Of a stretch of DNA of 64,000 nucleotides, positions 60,394-64,000 are shown one piece after another. A model generated the notes under the pieces. That model worked only from the letters and a program-made list of their open reading frames with translations, was not told where the DNA came from and did no database searches. Position numbers and translations under genes: made by a program. The stretch is taken from the NCBI GenBank assembly GCA_964373695.1, contig CAYJVT010000001.1:37773-101772 (forward strand). The letters are read 5' to 3'. Origin of the DNA: an uncultured archaeon. Its GTDB lineage: Archaea > Aenigmatarchaeota > Aenigmatarchaeia > GW2011-AR5. Within the stretch, counting starts at the first letter, position 1. Every line of letters starts with the position of its first letter.

Positions 60394-61990
60394 GAATATC
60401 AGGATAATCATTTTGCTGGCTGCAATAATTCTGTCCTTGGTACTCATATCTCCCAACCCATGGCCATCCGGGATGAAGATAAGCTACGTCGGCGAGAACC
60501 TTTCTTCAAAGTTACAGCCTGGAGAGGTACTTTACATGATAAACGATATGCCTGTCACCCAGGACGTTCTGTCAAAGAGGTATCAAGGAACCGTGAAATT
60601 CGAAACCGGCTCCGGTGTAAAATTCGCGTCGGTTGACGGGAAGATGGACATAATAGCGGAGGGCGTGGACCCCACGAAACTGAAGTTTGGCCTTGATATA
60701 AAGGGGGGAACCCGCGCCTTCGTGAAGGTTAATTCGTCGGAGCCGGACACGGTGGCGCAGGTAATTTCGACTCTTCAGAACAGGATAAACTTTTTCGGCC
60801 TGAGGGATGCCTCTTTCAGGCAGGTCGACAAGAACTACATCGAGATAAGCATGGCTGCCGGAAGGCCGGACGAGCTGAAGACCCTGGTCGAACAGCAGGG
60901 CGTTTTCGAGGCCAAGATACCCATATTCCTCTCTGTCAAAAATAACAAAACTCAGCTCAGGATGGAAAAAATCCACAACATTTCCGTGATGCACGGTGGG
61001 ATATTAGTCGACGGAAAATCCTACGCGTGGGGCTCTATGATATCCGTTGAAGGTGTGGATATAGAGCTGGCCGGCATGGAGAAGGGGCTGCTCAATATGA
61101 GCTCTACAGTGTTCACCGGAGATGACATAAAAACCGTGTTCTCGGACCCCCAGCGCTCCAGGATACAGCCAGTGGAGGGCGGCGGTTACGTCTGGTCGTT
61201 TGCAGTACAGCTGAGCTCGGATGGGGCGTCCAGATTCGCCAAGATAACCAAAAACCTTGACGTAGTCCCTGGCAACCGTGAATCGTACCTGAGTTCCCAG
61301 ATATATTTCTATCTGGATGGCAGCCTGCTCGACTCGCTGAACATAGTCTCATCTCTGAGGGGGAGGGAGGAAACTGAAATATCCATAACGGGTTCATCTG
61401 ATTCTATCGATGAATCTTCCAAGGAGCGTGCAAGGCTCCAGTCCATACTGAGGTCGGGCGCCCTTCCGGCTTCCATAGAAATCGTCCAGACGGATTCGGT
61501 CTCGCCAAGTTTGGGGGAGGAGTTCCTGAAAGGCGCCGTTCTGGCGGGCATTGCCGCGATGATTGGAGTCGTCTGCGTTGTCACAATAAGGTATAGGAAA
61601 TTCAGAATCATCCTGCCCATGGTTGTGATATCTCTGTCCGAAGTTTTGATAATATTAGGAGTTTCGGTGCTGATAGGATGGACGATAGATGTCGCTGCTG
61701 TAGCCGGCATCATAGCCGCTGTAGGCACAGGCATAGACTCCCAGATAATAATAATCGACCAGGCCATAAGGAAAGAAAGGACTAAAAACATGAGGGAAAA
61801 GCTGAGGGACGCATTCTTCATAATATTTGGCGCTGGCGGCACGGTGATAGCGGCTATGCTGCCGCTTATGATAATCGGCTTCGGCGCCCTGCGCGGCTTT
61901 GCAATAACGACGATGATAGGCGTCCTGGCTGGCATCCTCATCACGCGTCCGGCATTCGGCGCGATAGTCGAGAAGCTCATCAAAGAATGA
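60383..61990 (+). CDS. secD: Protein translocase subunit SecD
   Basis: LKFGLDIKGG, L.NR.N.FGL, IL.SGALP, VS.SLG, AGII...GTGID.QIII, R..AF..I, L.GFA.TT..G, TRP. Confidence 0.93.
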   Translation: MLLKNIRIIILLAAIILSLVLISPNPWPSGMKISYVGENLSSKLQPGEVLYMINDMPVTQDVLSKRYQGTVKFETGSGVKFASVDGKMDIIAEGVDPTKLKFGLDIKGGTRAFVKVNSSEPDTVAQVISTLQNRINFFGLRDASFRQVDKNYIEISMAAGRPDELKTLVEQQGVFEAKIPIFLSVKNNKTQLRMEKIHNISVMHGGILVDGKSYAWGSMISVEGVDIELAGMEKGLLNMSSTVFTGDDIKTVFSDPQRSRIQPVEGGGYVWSFAVQLSSDGASRFAKITKNLDVVPGNRESYLSSQIYFYLDGSLLDSLNIVSSLRGREETEISITGSSDSIDESSKERARLQSILRSGALPASIEIVQTDSVSPSLGEEFLKGAVLAGIAAMIGVVCVVTIRYRKFRIILPMVVISLSEVLIILGVSVLIGWTIDVAAVAGIIAAVGTGIDSQIIIIDQAIRKERTKNMREKLRDAFFIIFGAGGTVIAAMLPLMIIGFGALRGFAITTMIGVLAGILITRPAFGAIVEKLIKE

Positions 61991-61995
61991 TAATC

Positions 61996-62361
61996 CTAGC
62001 AAAAATCTAGCTGGTATTCAGGTATCCCAGAAGAAATTCCGTATCTCCTCGCTTCAGCATATTGCTCTTTGCTTTTCCTGTCTATTCTGAAGATTTTGCC
62101 GCGGAAAATTATGTAGTGGTATTCATCGTTTTTGAAGTCCGAATACCATTTGTCCTGCAGGGATTTGCTGATTTCCTTTGCTATTTCACCGGCCTTGCTT
62201 TCAGGAATTTCAACGGTGTGCAGCGTCCATTTCTCCAGATGAGGCGTCATGTGCCTCTTGGTTACCCTCTCGGTTTTTGTGCTGAGAATTTTTACATCCT
62301 TCAGGACTTCTTTATTCGCGAGGCTTTCCTCGATTATAACACCTGAGAATTCATTCGTCAT
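61996..62361 (-). CDS. Conserved-looking hypothetical protein
   Basis: 121 aa, co-transcribed after nac (ATGA overlap). Pattern G.IIEESL...W..H...WY.DF......IIF..K.F...YG...GIP..QLDF. Confidence 0.7.
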   Translation of the reverse strand: MTNEFSGVIIEESLANKEVLKDVKILSTKTERVTKRHMTPHLEKWTLHTVEIPESKAGEIAKEISKSLQDKWYSDFKNDEYHYIIFRGKIFRIDRKSKEQYAEARRYGISSGIPEYQLDFC

Positions 62362-62681
62362 TTTTCCTTCAGTTCCATTATGACCTTGGCAAGGTCGTTG
62401 TCCAGTTCCTCCAGCTTGCCCACCACTGTCTCCCTGTCCTTCCCAGTCTTCTCCATTACCATCTGTATGTCCTCTTCGCTGGCGGGAACGCTTTCCTCAA
62501 CATCCCCTGTTATCTGGTAGACTTCGCGCCCGACCATGTCGGCTATCATTATTTCCGGATTCTTTATGACTATCTTCTTGCTCTTCCCCATGATTACAAC
62601 TTCCTCCGCCTCGACCTGCCTCACGTTCAGGTTCAGCTTCTTCATCATCTTCTCTATTTTCTTGGGGTCTTTGCCGAACAT
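62358..62681 (-). CDS. nac: Archaeal nascent polypeptide-associated complex protein
   Basis: DPKK...MMKKL......V.A.EV.I, I.NP.., YQI.G, and a UBA-like tail EEDI.MV...TG......LEE...DLAK.I. Confidence 0.93.
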   Translation of the reverse strand: MFGKDPKKIEKMMKKLNLNVRQVEAEEVVIMGKSKKIVIKNPEIMIADMVGREVYQITGDVEESVPASEEDIQMVMEKTGKDRETVVGKLEELDNDLAKVIMELKEK

Positions 62682-62758
62682 ATGACTAATTATTCTTCTT
62701 CGTTTAAAAAACCATTGCCGGACTTATGTGTTATAAAGAAGCGCGCCGTATGTATAGT

Positions 62759-63934
62759 ATGCTGGAGCTCCTTATTTTCGCTCTCGCAGGTATTCTGGCC
62801 GGAATCGTGTTCGGCCTAGTTCCAGGCCTTCATCCGAATACTGTGGTCGCGTTCACGCCGCTCTTCGCCGGCTTCGAGCCTCTAGGCGCGGCGGTATTTT
62901 TGATAAGCATGGGCGTCTCGAATATAATGGTCGACTTCATACCGTCGGTCATGCTGAGCGCGCCTGATGCCGGCAGCGAGCTTTCCGTCCTTCCAGCGCA
63001 GCGCCTCATGTCACAGGGCCACGGCTACAGCGCCATACGGTTCATGCTCATAGGCTTTGTCTGCTCCTTCGTGACGTTTGTCTCCATCGCGCCGCTCATC
63101 GGTTTCTTGGTTCCTGCCGCCTTCTCTGTTTCGCGCCATTTTATTTTTGCGGTCCTCATATTCATATCGTGCGTAATGGTGCTTTCAGAGAAGCGCATAG
63201 CCCCCGCTGTCATAGTGTTTTCTGCGGCAGGCGTAATAGGTCTCGTATCCGGTGGCCTGCCTGTCAACCCGGCTTTCATTCTCTTTCCGATGCTTGCAGG
63301 GTTCTTCGGCGTCTCATCAATGATTCTTCAGATGAGAAGCCGCTCCTCTATTATCTTACAGTCAGGCGGGTACCTGACAACAGGCAAGAAATCCTATGCA
63401 AAATCATCTATTACTGGATGCGCCGGCGGCATTCTTTCCGGATTCCTTCCTGGAGTAGGCTCCAGCGAAATCGCATCGCTGTTCTCCTTGAAGAAAGATG
63501 AGAAATCGTTCCTTGTAACTATAGGTGCCATAGCCTCGTCAAACTTCATAATGTCCATCTTCGCCGTATGGCTCATAGGAAAGACAAGGAGCGGCATTGC
63601 CGTTGCCGTCAATAATGTCTACAGCCTCTCGTCCAGCGATGTTTTTATGGTAGTGTTCGCCTCCATGCTCTCGCTCGGCATTTCTGCTATTTTCGTGCTG
63701 AAAGCGTCCAAGTTCCTCATAGGAAGGATGCAGAAGATGAATTATTCAAGGATAAGCGCCGCCGTCATTTCCTTCATCGTCTTCATGACGTTCGTGTTTT
63801 CCGGCATCTATGGCATCATGCTTCTTTTTGCGTGCGCCTCGCTCGGCATCTACGCAATCCTTTCCGGCGTGAAGCGCGGGCTCATGATGGCCGCGCTTAT
63901 CGTCCCAACTGTGCTTTTCTTCGCCGGCTTGTAG
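62759..63934 (+). CDS. TctA/DUF112-family (tripartite tricarboxylate transporter-like) membrane protein
   Basis: G...GLVPGLHPNT, DFIPS..L.AP, VLP..RL...G.G, PM..GFFG.S, GFLPGVGS, GKTRSG. Confidence 0.85.
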   Translation: MLELLIFALAGILAGIVFGLVPGLHPNTVVAFTPLFAGFEPLGAAVFLISMGVSNIMVDFIPSVMLSAPDAGSELSVLPAQRLMSQGHGYSAIRFMLIGFVCSFVTFVSIAPLIGFLVPAAFSVSRHFIFAVLIFISCVMVLSEKRIAPAVIVFSAAGVIGLVSGGLPVNPAFILFPMLAGFFGVSSMILQMRSRSSIILQSGGYLTTGKKSYAKSSITGCAGGILSGFLPGVGSSEIASLFSLKKDEKSFLVTIGAIASSNFIMSIFAVWLIGKTRSGIAVAVNNVYSLSSSDVFMVVFASMLSLGISAIFVLKASKFLIGRMQKMNYSRISAAVISFIVFMTFVFSGIYGIMLLFACASLGIYAILSGVKRGLMMAALIVPTVLFFAGL

Positions 63935-64000
63935 TTATTTTAAAGTAAATTCTTTTATTTTGGTCCATATTTTATCTCTCTCGTTGCTGTGAAAGAGGCT

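Overview
Archaeal chromosome segment. The taxon call rests on AglB, archaeal NAC, SecD/SecF, a geranylgeranyl reductase and TATA-type promoters. Tight gene packing and orphan genes suggest a DPANN-like lineage (inference). About 58 kb is one very large surface-glycosylation island containing: a Wzx flippase, a carbamoyltransferase, four B12-binding radical SAM enzymes (one interrupted by a 443-aa LAGLIDADG intein inside its CxxxCxxC motif), four polyprenol-phosphate sugar synthases, about six GT-C-type membrane transferases, GT2/GT4 enzymes, CDP-3,6-dideoxyhexose plus yersiniose-like branched-sugar genes, a UDP-xylose operon, and an oligosaccharyltransferase AglB split into two genes. The most unusual part is 11.7-25.6 kb. 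There a GtrA/GT-C/phosphoribulokinase-like triple fusion sits with a class II aldolase, an EryC-like epimerase and a degenerate copy, an HxlB-like isomerase, two polyol dehydrogenases, a HAD, a phosphodiesterase-like protein and four nucleotidyltransferase domains. This looks like an uncharacterised pathway that makes and exports a ketose- or polyol-phosphate glycan substituent. Non-coding structure includes two covarying double-hairpin elements in inverted orientation (37.1 and 41.2 kb), a 21-nt direct repeat flanking the SDR/ThDP module, and a palindromic bidirectional promoter. The window ends in housekeeping genes (secF, secD, nac, TctA-like). No rRNA, tRNA, CRISPR array or transposase was seen. 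All family calls come from motif recognition by eye, not from database searches.
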